64,000 bases of DNA, taken from positions 1-64,000 of the forward strand of contig JAVKOQ020000004.1 in assembly GCA_031835245.2 (NCBI GenBank), written 5' to 3'. The position numbers were made by a program, and so were the translations under genes. The notes under the pieces are model-generated. The model made no database searches and was not told the origin of the DNA. It was given only the letters and a program-made list of their open reading frames with translations. Below are positions 10,529 through 21,466 of this stretch, piece by piece; the stretch's first letter is position 1; each line of letters begins with the position of its first letter. The DNA is from Balamuthia mandrillaris (Eukaryota).

Positions 10529-11560
10529 ACAAAAGGAGACGCTGGCCAAGTGGTTCGGCACAGCACGATGGACCTAACCAAGGCGGTGAACATAAAGGAA
10601 TGCCTCTTAAGGAGATGAAAAAGCAAGTCAGGGAGACATTCCTGAATAATAGCAATTTCAACAGAGAGGACAAGAGCGTGCGTGTTGGAAACTCCTCGAT
10701 ACATTTGCAGTGATTTCTTCTACGGCGTGAAAACCAGCTTGGCGGCGGGCAGGACTGGATTCGAGATGAAGTTCCGTGGTCGGAAGGACAAGAGCCAGTC
10801 TCTCAGCATCCAAGCCAGGGAGTGGAACCACAACAGCTCCATCCGCCAACTCTTCTTCGGGGAGGCGCGAATCAAAGCGAGGGACAGGAACTACAAAGTT
10901 CCGTCTGAGGTGCTCTATGCCGTTCGTCTGGTGAAAGACACTCGACTAAGCCATTACTACCTCTGCGTGCCTCAGCCTTTGAAGCTCATGGGCGAGAGCC
11001 AAGCCCGTGAGCACCGAAGGAGAGAGGCAGGCATCATCGCCTTGGATCCAGGAGTGCGCACATTCATGACCACCTACACCGGCTGCGGGGAGGTCACCGA
11101 GTGGGGCAAAGCGGACTTCAACGAGATAGGCAAGCTGTGCCACCGGCTGGATCGCATGCAGAGTAGGGGCACCAAGGTCAACCACAGACAACGGCGCCGT
11201 CTCCGAAGGGCCGCTGCTCGGCTTCGCCAGAGGGTCCGCAACCTTGTGGATGACCTCCACAAGAAGCTCGTGTCTTGGTTGGTCAGGAACTTCTCCGTCA
11301 TCCTTCTGCCAGAGTTCAGGAGCCAACAGATGGTGCGGCGAGGCCACCACCGCATTGGCTCGCAAACGGCCAGAGCCATGCTCACCTGGTCCCACTATCG
11401 TTTCAGGCAGAAGCTCCTCAACAAGGCCAAGCAATTTCCGTCCTGTACGGTCTGCCTCTGCGATGAGGAATACACCTCCAAGACCTGCGGAAAGTGCGGC
11501 CAAGTCCATCACCAGTCGGGGGGCTACCAGGCGGATCGAGGCCAACGCCGCCCGAATACC
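10524..11560 (+). pseudogene. Fanzor2 / IS607-TnpB-like RNA-guided RuvC nuclease, frameshifted
   Basis: N-terminal AEQKETLAKWFGTARWT, then VRETFLNNSNF and VLETPRYI in shifted frames, YYLCVP, RuvC-I IIALDPGVRTFMT, NLVDDLHKK, RuvC-II ILLPEF, MLTWSHYRFRQKL, DEEYTSKTCGKCG, and a disrupted RuvC-III YQADR/ANAAR.I. Confidence 0.9.
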
Positions 11561-11660
11561 GGCACCAAAGCAACCTTACCGCCCCCTCACAGAAGAGGAG
11601 GAGGTGGTAAGTGCTTGTAACGTCACTTTGACGATTCTGAGAAGGGTCATCTACAGTCCT
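11560..11660 (+). ncRNA. Candidate Fanzor omegaRNA scaffold remnant
   Basis: Directly 3' of the RuvC-III codons. Hairpin TTACCGCC...GGTGGTAA (11576-11610) and perfect stem CGTCA-CTT-TGACG (11621-11633). Confidence 0.35.
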
Positions 11661-12201
11661 TCCTCGAAGAGCTCCTGCGTTTGACAAGAACAAATAACAA
11701 TAGGCTCATGAATACTATTACAGATGATTATGATGGTAATAAGTGTAACAGTGGTCGTTAAAAGGTGCAACTCGGCGGACAAAGCTTCGACATAGCTGCA
11801 AAGGAGGATGACTCAACTTGTTGGATGGTAGCTTGCTTGACCTTGGCTTTGTCATGCCAGCCAAGATACTACGCCAGTTCCACGATGTGCTGGTTCCTCC
11901 TTGTGTAGTAGAAGTGTAGCAATCAGAAACACGGAGTTGCGTGGCGCTTCGAGGGTGTGTGTTTACTTTTGAAGAAAAGTAAAAAAAGAAAAGTGATGAG
12001 AACTAACAAGAAAAGAAAAGAAAACAAGTAGCGGAAAAGTGTCAAGAGCTACTAAAGTTGTTCGCAGCAACAGCATCCATTCCATTCACTCCTCCAACCG
12101 CTTTGGAGAATGAGGGGTTGTTATGGCGGGAAACATGCTCATTGGTCCAATAGACTTCCTTTTTTTTGTCGGCTGCTTTTTAATGGCACTAAAATGAAAA
12201 G

Positions 12202-13444
12202 ATGAGAAGAAAGCGAAGGCTGCTTTGTGTGTTGTTAACATGCACGTTTATTTTGTTTGGGGTTGGACTTTTTCTTCATCAGCAAACGCAGGCCGGTGTG
12301 AATGTTCACGATAGCCACGCCATCCTCACAAAACAAGTGCACCCACATTTGGGGAGCAACAATCAGGAGGTGAAATGGAGAAGCTTTGGTGTGATTTATG
12401 TGGCCACCAAACTTCTTAAACACTGCAACAACGGTTGGATTTCTGCACAGAGTATTCGTGCCCTCCATCAGGACTTGCCTATTACCTTCTTTGTTGACGA
12501 GTCTACCCGTTGGGTACTGCCTTCTTTCTTCACTCTTCTCTCTACTTCTCTTCTATGCTCTTGCCTCTTCTTTCTGCCTAACGGCGGGATGCAGTACATG
12601 GAGAAGAGAGCGAAAGAAGTCATGGAACTTGGGAAAAAGCCTCCCTTTGACCAGCTCATCTCCACTTCGGCTTGGCACTTGCCTACTCACCCAATGGACC
12701 GCTTTTCCAAACTTCGTTCTCTCACTGAAAGCCCTTATGACCGGTTTGTTTGCTCCATTTCTCCTCTTTCTCCTCCAATCTTCTGCTTCTCTGCTCTCTT
12801 CACTTCGTCCAAGTTCTCAACTCTCTGTCATTCTCTTTGTCTTCTCATTCTCTTCTTTCTCTTTGTCTTCTCGTTTCTGCTCCATGTACCAATGCCGTTT
12901 AACACCTTAGCGTTCCAGCACATTATATCTGGACACGGACACTTACATGTGCAACGGGAACCTAACAGAACTGTTTTCTGTGTGGTTGGACCGGTTTGAT
13001 CTGGTGGCGGTGCCGGAACCTCACCAAAACAATCCCGGCCACATGCGACCAAACGTCCCTCCTCTCTTTGATGAAGTGAATGGAGGTAATTCTATTCTAT
13101 TCTTCTGGCTGTATCTTTCTTTTGCTATTCCCTACTTTCTTTCTGATGAGCTCGGATACAAAGGAGTACTGTTGCTTCGAAAGAACGAACAAACAAACAG
13201 GTTTGTGCGAAAATGGGAAGAATTGTTGCTTCAAAAGCCTTCCATGGACTATCGAGACCAGCCTCCTTTGCGTGAAGCTCTTTGGGAAAGCAACATTCGC
13301 TTCTATCTGATGGGACAAGCGGCATGGAACTGTAGGGGCAAGGACAGCTGCTCCAAATATCCAGAGTGTAACTTACTGCATAAGCACGGCATTGGGGCGT
13401 ATATGGCTGGAGAAAGGGAGCTGCCTTTGCAATCACTACAATAA
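12202..13444 (+). CDS. Type II membrane GT-A fold glycosyltransferase (nucleotide-diphospho-sugar transferase-like), spliced
   Basis: N-terminal signal anchor, GVIYVA, K...L.ESPYD|R.TLYLDTDT (DxD motif), EVNGG|VLL, DQPPLREALW, WNCR. About 3 GT-AG introns. Confidence 0.75.
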
Positions 13445-13564
13445 TGAAATTGGGATTTACAGTTTATTATCGCATGTGTTTATGCGAGATGTTAGCAAAG
13501 AAGAGGAGGGAAGAGAGAAACAGAAAAAAGAAATATGGTATGATACCAAAAAACCTTATTACAG

Positions 13565-15539
13565 TCACCGACCAACAACTTCATAAGAAGCACAAGGAGA
13601 ATCAGAAGGAGAAGCGGAGGCAGTGATAGAAGAAGAAGTGGTTGTAGAAGGCATGGACGGTATATCTACATAGTGATTTCGTCGCCAGTAGATCCGCCGC
13701 GCATTAAAACACAAGCATAACGGAAAGTCCAAATAGATAATTCCATAAATAACAAAGTTGCACAGTCCTTGCAATGGTACTACGTTGTCCATGATTAGCG
13801 ACAATGAACAGAAATAAGGCTTCTTTAGGGAGAAAAGTTGATTTTTTTAAAAAAAAAACAAGTACCAGAGATACATTGAAGCAGGTGAAGAGCATAAGGC
13901 TTGAAGCCAAATGAGGCCATAATGGCAGTAACGGATGGAGGCAACCATAGTATCAAAAACAAAGCAAGAGTCCAAACCAACATCCTTCTGCTCTTCCTAT
14001 AAACATAACCGACGGGTCCCATACGTTACGCCAAATTGAGAAATGAAAATGATAGAGAAAAAAAGGATAAAGAAAAAGAAAAAAGTTACAAGTTGAAGAT
14101 AGAGTACATACATAAACTCGGCATCCATCTGTTCCAGCTCCTCCCGTTCTAATGAGCGACATGTAGAAATGTACTGCCTCTTCACGCTGCTTCTTCTCTT
14201 GGCATTTGTTACTTTGCCAAGTTTTTTGGATCCCTCTTGATCCGTTACTAGGTTGGAAGATGTTACCTCGTCTTCATCACCCTTCTCCTTTCTAGTTAAT
14301 GTTGATGATGGTGACGATGTTGATTTGTTGTTGTTGTTCCAAGGATCCGATGTGTCCCATAAAACTTGTTCATAGAGCACATCCTCGAAAGTTCGTTTGT
14401 AGCTCCGCCAGTTGAAGAAGTTGAGAATCAACATGCAGCCACAAAACATGAGGATCAGGTAAAGTGGAATGTAGAAGAAAATCATTTGAGTCCACCACTC
14501 TGCCCATGACGTGTTCTTGATCCAGCACCATTCATTGCCATCGTTGTCATCCGAGGGTGTGTAAGGATAGACATTGACTGCAATGTCGTTGAAAGAAGTA
14601 AAGGAAGCAAAGAAATTGTCTGAAGATGAGTCAGAAGAAGAAAAGCTCATGCGCCCAAATGCGCCTATGCTGTACAGAACGATCCCGATGCAAATAGGGA
14701 GGGGCCATGATACCACGTAGCATAATAGAGAGACGAGTCGTAGTTTTGTGATCTCGTTGTTGTACTCTTCTGATACCCAATCCTGTTCGTTCAGTTATTT
14801 GTGTGTTTGTTAGTTTGTTGGTTGGTTGGTTTTTTTTTTTTTTTTGGTTTTTTTGAGGTGAGCAGAAGAGAAAGTGAGAAAATAAGAAAGAACGAGAGCA
14901 TGAAAGAATGAGAGAAGCAGAGAGCAATGAGCAAGAACCAGAGAATAGTAAAAGAAGGGACCTGAGGTACGGCAAGCTTTGAAACTCGCCATAGGAGCAA
15001 GGCCATGCTAGCCGTCCAAAAGAGAGAAGAGGTTTCAAAGACGGTCATCACGAGCGCCTGTTTTGTTTTTTTCAAAAAAGTAACGATGAACAACCTAAAA
15101 AAAAGTGGAGTTTAAAAAAATAAACTGACCTGAAAAATGCAAAAGGCTTTGTCGCTGGTGGTTAGCGTGAAGTAAGCAAGAACATAGGAAAGAGCAGCAA
15201 AAAAGTCGGCTATGGAAAGGTTGAGCAGAAAAGTGCAAATGGTGGCGCGTATGCTGGTATCGTAGCCTGCTTGTTGGATATTGTTCAACCGGCACCGCCA
15301 CAGCCATAGAAGCACAAAGAGGCTCGCAGCAGCTATGCTGCTTACAGCGCCTGCGTGATTGCACGGAGTGTTTCCGTCAGTAAAAAGGCCTCAGGTCTCT
15401 TGAGACCCCAAAAAAAAAAAAAAATAAAGGAGAAAGGCGAAAGCGACAAAAAAAAATAAACTGCCGCCAAAGATGTCATAACTCCGAGGAGACCCTTACC
15501 CGAAGTCAATATGGAGATAGCGACGCCTTCGTCACTCAT
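13565..15539 (-). CDS. cAMP-receptor-like (CAR/Crl/GPR157-type) 7TM GPCR, multi-exon
   Basis: LLNLSIADF, FCIFQ, SSLFWTASMA, SWPLP, WCWIK, FFYIPLY, FLILWLP, PLQGLCNFVIYG. Confidence 0.8.
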
Positions 15540-16109
15540 TGTGGTTTTGAATTCAACAGGCCACCTATGCTTCTTGCTGCTGCTCTCCTTGCAAAAGCAT
15601 CACCATAGTCTGCTTTTGCGCCCTGACAAGAAAACTTGGGTCCTTGGCCGTTTTCCTTTCTCCCTTGAGAGCACTTATTTTATTTGCGTGTTTTTTGTTG
15701 CGGTTTGGAAATTCCTTCGCACTTTCATTTCATCAAATCTGCACGGCTGACGTGGCGCCCGCCCACGCCGTGGGTTTTCATGATTTCCGATAACAACACA
15801 CGATCTTGCCATTTATTTTCCTGGAAATTTAAAAAATGTCGACAACTAGATCGTGCCTCGGAAGGTCCCATTAACATTCATCACAAGTACGTATTTTTCG
15901 TCAACGATAAGTTGGGGGTGCGTCTTGTTCGTTTCCCTGCCGACTGACCGAACAGAAAAAGAAGAAGAAAGAATAAAGAACAGCAGAATAGTTGTAACAA
16001 CGGGGGGTGGGGAAGGAGGAGGAGTTTTTTTTTTTGTTGTCCGCCTTTTTATTTCTTTCTTTCTTTCTCGCTCTATTATTTATTTGCCAAACAAAAAGAC
16101 ACCCCCCCA

Positions 16110-16662
16110 ATGGACTTTGGTGACGCCGATAAGCCCAGAGAAGCGTGCGGAGTGTTTGGGTAAGCGTGCTCCCATTAGTTTCCTCTTGCGTGCGTTTATT
16201 TTTGACGTCAGACGGCGGTCGCTGTCCTCCGCACAGTATTTATGCACCGGGCATCCCAGCGGCTAGGCTCGCCTTCTTTGCTTTGTATGCGTTGCAGCAC
16301 AGAGGGCAAGAAGGTTGTGGCATTGCCACCAACGATGGGACCAACTTCTTTCATGTTCACAGAGGCATGGGTCTCGTATCTCAGGTTCGAACAGCTCTTT
16401 CACTCTCCATCCTCCTCTCTCCTGTTTCTCCCTTCATCAAAAAAAAAAAGGTGACAACATTATCAACTCCGCATCTACCACTTTCACTCGCTCCTCCAGG
16501 TCTTTACCGAGCAAGAGATGGTACAGCTGAAAGGACATCTAGCGCTGGGACACACGCGGTACTCCACTATCGGAGCTTCCAACCTTTCTAATGCTCAGCC
16601 TTTTGTCATTGAGACCATGCACGGCCCTCTCGCTGTGGCTCACAATGGAGAAGTAAGTTTGC

Positions 16663-16698
<36 letters not shown>

Positions 16699-18353
16699 TC
16701 GCTGGCTGACTTTTCTTTCTTCTTGATTCTCTCTTTCTTTCTCCATTCTCCGTTCTTCCTGTTTTCCAAAGTTAACAAAGCAGAGACAACTGAGACGCAG
16801 CTTGATGGAAAGTGGAATAGGTATGTTTACCACAACAGACAGTGAAGTCATCACCCAAATGTTATCAGCACGTGCCGGGCAAGTGCTGGAAGAAACTGAC
16901 GAGCCGGACTGGGAGGCTCGCATCCGTTACTTCATGTCACACAGCGAAGGAGCCTACTCGTTGGCCATCATGACCAAGGACGCCATCTTCGCAGTGAGAG
17001 ATCCCCATGGCCTTCGTCCGCTCTGTATTGGACGGCTTCCGTGCAACGGCGCGAACAGCCATGCTGACAAGTCAAAAGGAGAAGAGGAAGAGCATGGAAT
17101 TTATGGCAGTCACACGGGACTTGCGGGATATGTGATAGCCTCGGAATCGTGTGCACTTACCACCATTGGTGCGGAGTTTATGCGTGACATCAAACCTGGG
17201 GAGATTGTTCGTATTGATAAGAATGGCATCTCATCCTTTATGGGCGTCGACCTTCCTCCCAAGGTTCGCAACTGCTCCCATTGTCCTATGCTGTTGTTTT
17301 GCTCGTTATGTTCTTCTTCGTTAATCTTCTTGTTCTTCTTCTTTCTTCTTTCTTCTTTCTTCTTTGCATTTTCTTACCTGTTCTTCAAATGAAGTCCGCC
17401 TTTTGCGTGTTTGAGTATGTTTACTTCAGCCGTCCAGACAGTCTTCTGGATGATGTGCAGTTGGTCCATCAAGTTCGGCAACGTCTGGGACGTCGCTTAG
17501 CTATCGAGCAACCTTGTGAAAACGCAGACATTGTGATGGGTATATATTTTTATTTGAATCTTGATCTTGTTAGTTGCTTATTGGGGCATTTGTTTGATAA
17601 CATCAGGTGTACCGGATTCATCTACTCCCGCAGCCATTGGGTATGCATTGCAGTTAGGTGTTCCCTTTTCTGAAGGACTGACAAAGAACCGTTACATCGG
17701 GCGGACATTTATTCAGGTGATATCGCAACACAAATGAGTACTGTCCTTTCTCTAACAACTCGTTTCCTCCTATCTATCATAACAACAGCCATACCAGTCT
17801 TTGCGTACTTCAACGATAACGCTAAAGTTCAACGCCCTTCGGCAAAACTTGGAAGGCAAAAATGTGGTCTTGGTAGATGATTCGATTGTGCGAGGCTCCA
17901 CTCTAATGCACATCGTGAAGCTCTTGCGTACCACCAATCCAAAGTCCATTCATGTCCGCATTTCCTGCCCGCCCGTTCGGCATCCTTGCTTCATGGGAAT
18001 TAACATGTCTACCTACGAAGTACGTTTCTTCATCTTTGTTGCTCCCTTCCTTCAGCTTGTTCGAACTAACCAATCGTTATACTTAGGAACTGATCGCTCA
18101 CTCCAAGTCGGTGGAGGAGATACGAGATCACATCGGAGCAGACACGCTGGGTTATCTCTCTCTGGAAGGAATGATGGAAGTGGTGGAGGAAGGATTGACA
18201 GATGCGCCAGCTGCCGAAGGTGATGCCAAACGGGGTCACTGCAACGCATGCTTCTCTGGTAACTATCCACTAGACATTGAGGATTTGGGCAGAAGCGTAA
18301 TCGTTGGAGAAGGAGGTAAGACCATTGATAACAAAGAGAAGAAGTGTTGTTGA
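16110..18353 (+). CDS. purF: Amidophosphoribosyltransferase (PRPP amidotransferase), multi-exon
   Basis: Propeptide plus [85 protein letters not shown]. Confidence 0.97.
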
Positions 18354-18939
18354 AGCAGCTAGAATACTGCAGCTTATTTATTGAAAGAAGCGTTTTTTTT
18401 CATTCTTTCCTTTTTTTTTTTCAGTTTTTATTATCATCATCGTTTTTTCTCTCCTCGCAGCGCGTGTGGTGAGAGATCTTGTACACACACCCCATTTGGT
18501 ATCCAATCAACGTAAGGAGAGGGGATTTGTGTGTCGTGCTCACAGTTCGCGTAAAAACTGGCAAAATGGCCGAGAGGTAATGGCCCGGTTTTGGAGAAGG
18601 GAGCGCTTCTCCAGACATCCCAATGCTTTCCTTTTGCGCACCTTATTTTCCTCCCCCTTCGCCTTACGCAACGACCGTTGCCGCTGAAAGCTGCTGCTGC
18701 GGTGAAAAAACAAACCACCTTTATTGTTATTATTCCTACTTCTCTACCCCCTTCCCTTTTGTTTTTCTGCCGGTTACGTCAGCACAACTTGATCTTGAAC
18801 AAGATCCCTATCAAATTTCCGAATTGACTCTACGAAAATTCTTACGAGGACAAAACTCGAAGAACAGCTGAAACGGAGCATGGTGAACAAAAATGACACG
18901 AAAGAGAGAAGCAGGACTTGTGTGTATCAATGGAAAGGA

Positions 18940-21102
18940 AAAAAGCAAGTCACAAGTTTAAGAGTACTGAGCAAATGCACTTTTCACCGTGTTAAGTGTG
19001 TCAAAAGTGATTGTTCCATTATTATCTGTCCAGTCTGTGTTCTCTTGATAGCCCCAGTGCTTTAGGTTCTCAAGAAAGGCACCAGTTTCATCAGGCTTGA
19101 ACATGGAGGGCGAGATTGTCAATTCTTTAAATTTGTGTGCTTTTAGAAGAAAAAATTAGAGGTCATTGAAAAGAAGGAACAGAGAAGAAAAGAGAATAGA
19201 AAGCAGAAAATAAAAATGAGCAGGGTACCTTGAAAAGCGTCTCTAATCCTTCTATTGCATGAAGAAAGTGTTTGTGTACCTCTTTGAAGTCTTTTATGTG
19301 CTGCAAATCCAAGACGAATGAGGACCTGGGCCAGAGGTTCATCTTTTGTCAAGTCTTTGCCTGTCATATTTTTGAGAATCTTTTTCACTTGAGCAAAAAA
19401 GAACTCTCCTCACTCTGTTGAAGCATTCTTGAAGTCCATTTGTTCATAAAAATCAGCTGTGTGGCTGACAAGAACATGACCATAGAGCTTCATAATAGTA
19501 TCTCGGTGTGAACTTGATGGAGTTCTATAATGGTGGTGATGGTGGCGATGGTGGCGATGGTGGCGATGGTGGCGGTGGCGGTGGCGATGGTGGCGATGGC
19601 GATGGTGGCGATGGTGGCGATGGCGGCAATGGTGGCGATGGTGGCGATGGCGACGGTGGCGATGGTGGCGATGGCGGCGATGGTGGCGATGTGAAGTGAG
19701 AGTTTGACGGTGGCGATGGTGGCGACCAGGTGGCGATGGTGGCGATGATGGCGACGGTGGTGATGGCAACGGTGGCGACGGTGGCAACGGTGGCGACGGT
19801 GGCGACGGTGGCGACGGTGGCAACGGTGGCGACGGTGGCAACGGTGACGATGGTGGCGATGGTGGCAATGGCGACGGTGGCGATGGTGGCAATAGCGATG
19901 GTGGTGATGGTGGCGATGGTGGCGATGGCGGTAATGTTAGAAAATGATTTATAGATGAGAGAGGGAGAGAAGGAGAGGAGGTAGAGGAGGGAGAAGGAGA
20001 GAAGAGAGCAAGGGAGAGAGAGAGAGAACAGAGGACAATAAGAAAATGAAGAAAAAGAAAAGAAAGAACTTACTCTTCATTTGACAAATCAATTGCACGT
20101 TCACTTTGCAAACTTCGATACAGGATCCCAAAGAAGAAAAGCAAGAGCTGCAAACAAAGGATGGCCAAGACAAGATGTACCATCACATCATACTCCATAC
20201 TGTAGATTAATAATCGACTAAAACCAAAAGATAAGTAATTATTATCAGAGGAAAAAAGAAAAAGAAAAAACAAACCTCACTTAAACGTAAAAGACCCCCT
20301 TTAACTGCAAGCATAGTAAGCCATATTATTGCTGTTGAAAGAGAAACAACACGAGAACTTGAAAGTATGTCAAATAGTTAGTTACTGAAAAAAAAAAAAG
20401 ACAAAGAGAGAAGAGAAGAGAATGAGAATGAGAATGAGAATGAGAATAAGAAAGAAAAAGAGAAAGAGAAAGAGAAGAAAACAAAACAAGAAAGAAAGAA
20501 AAACAAAATACCTATAAAGACTTTGAGAACCTTGTAGATTATCTCGTGAGACAGAACCAATAGGAACATATCCTGTTGCAAATAAGTCGGCTAATATTGC
20601 ACCTGAAGCAGCATTTTGGTACGGCTTGTCTGCACAGCGTTGTCCAATCAACAACTTCTCTTCTTCTTCTTTTAACGTTGCAATAGGAGGCAATGCAACA
20701 ACATCAACATTATCAACTTTTCGTTTTCGTCGTCGCTTTCGAGGATGCAACTCTTGATACCAACGATAGGCAACATACGATGCATCCTTGACATCTTGCC
20801 ACTCTACATGAATGGAAACAAACTGGCCCCACTCTCTTTTCTCTTTCTCCTTCTTCTTCTTTACTTGTGTGCATTGAGGAAGATCTTGTAGGCATTGTAG
20901 TCGATTTGAAGTTTTGAAAGAGGCATTATGTAGATCATATAGCTTTCGTAGCCACCAGCCCTTGTTCTTGTGGTGTTTCGGATTCAGCAAAAAGTGAATG
21001 GCGGCCACCTTTATGGAGAGACAAAAAAAGCATAAGAGCAAAGAAAAGAAGTAGAAGAAAAGAGAACAAAATAAAGAAACAAAGAAAGAAAGACAAAGAA
21101 CA

Positions 21103-21141
<39 letters not shown>

Positions 21142-21435
21142 AAGAGAAAAGAAAGAGAACAAAACAAAGAAAGGAAGAAAAAAACAAAAGAAAGAGAGAA
21201 AAAGAGGGAGAGAGAAAGAAAGAAAAGAAGAAAGAAAGAGAGAAAGAAAAAGAGGAAAAGAGAGAGAGAAAGAAAAAGAGGAAAAGAGAGAGAGAAAGAA
21301 AGAGAAAAAGAGAGAGAAAGAGAGAAAACAAGAGAGAGAGAGAAAAAGAAAAAAGAGAAAGAGAGAGAAAGAGAGAAAACAAGAGAGAGAGAGAGAGAGA
21401 AAGAGAGAAAGAAAGAGAGAGAGAGAGAAAGAGAG

Positions 21436-21466
<31 letters not shown>

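Noticed and set aside
11515..11620. Novel C-terminal extension on the Fanzor ORF
   Set aside because: It is out-of-frame read-through after the deletion in the RuvC-III motif.
19410..19954. Extensin-like, His-rich or Gly-rich ORFs (also 22272-22785)
   Set aside because: They are stop-free reading frames of a 9-bp intronic repeat with no unique coding flanks.
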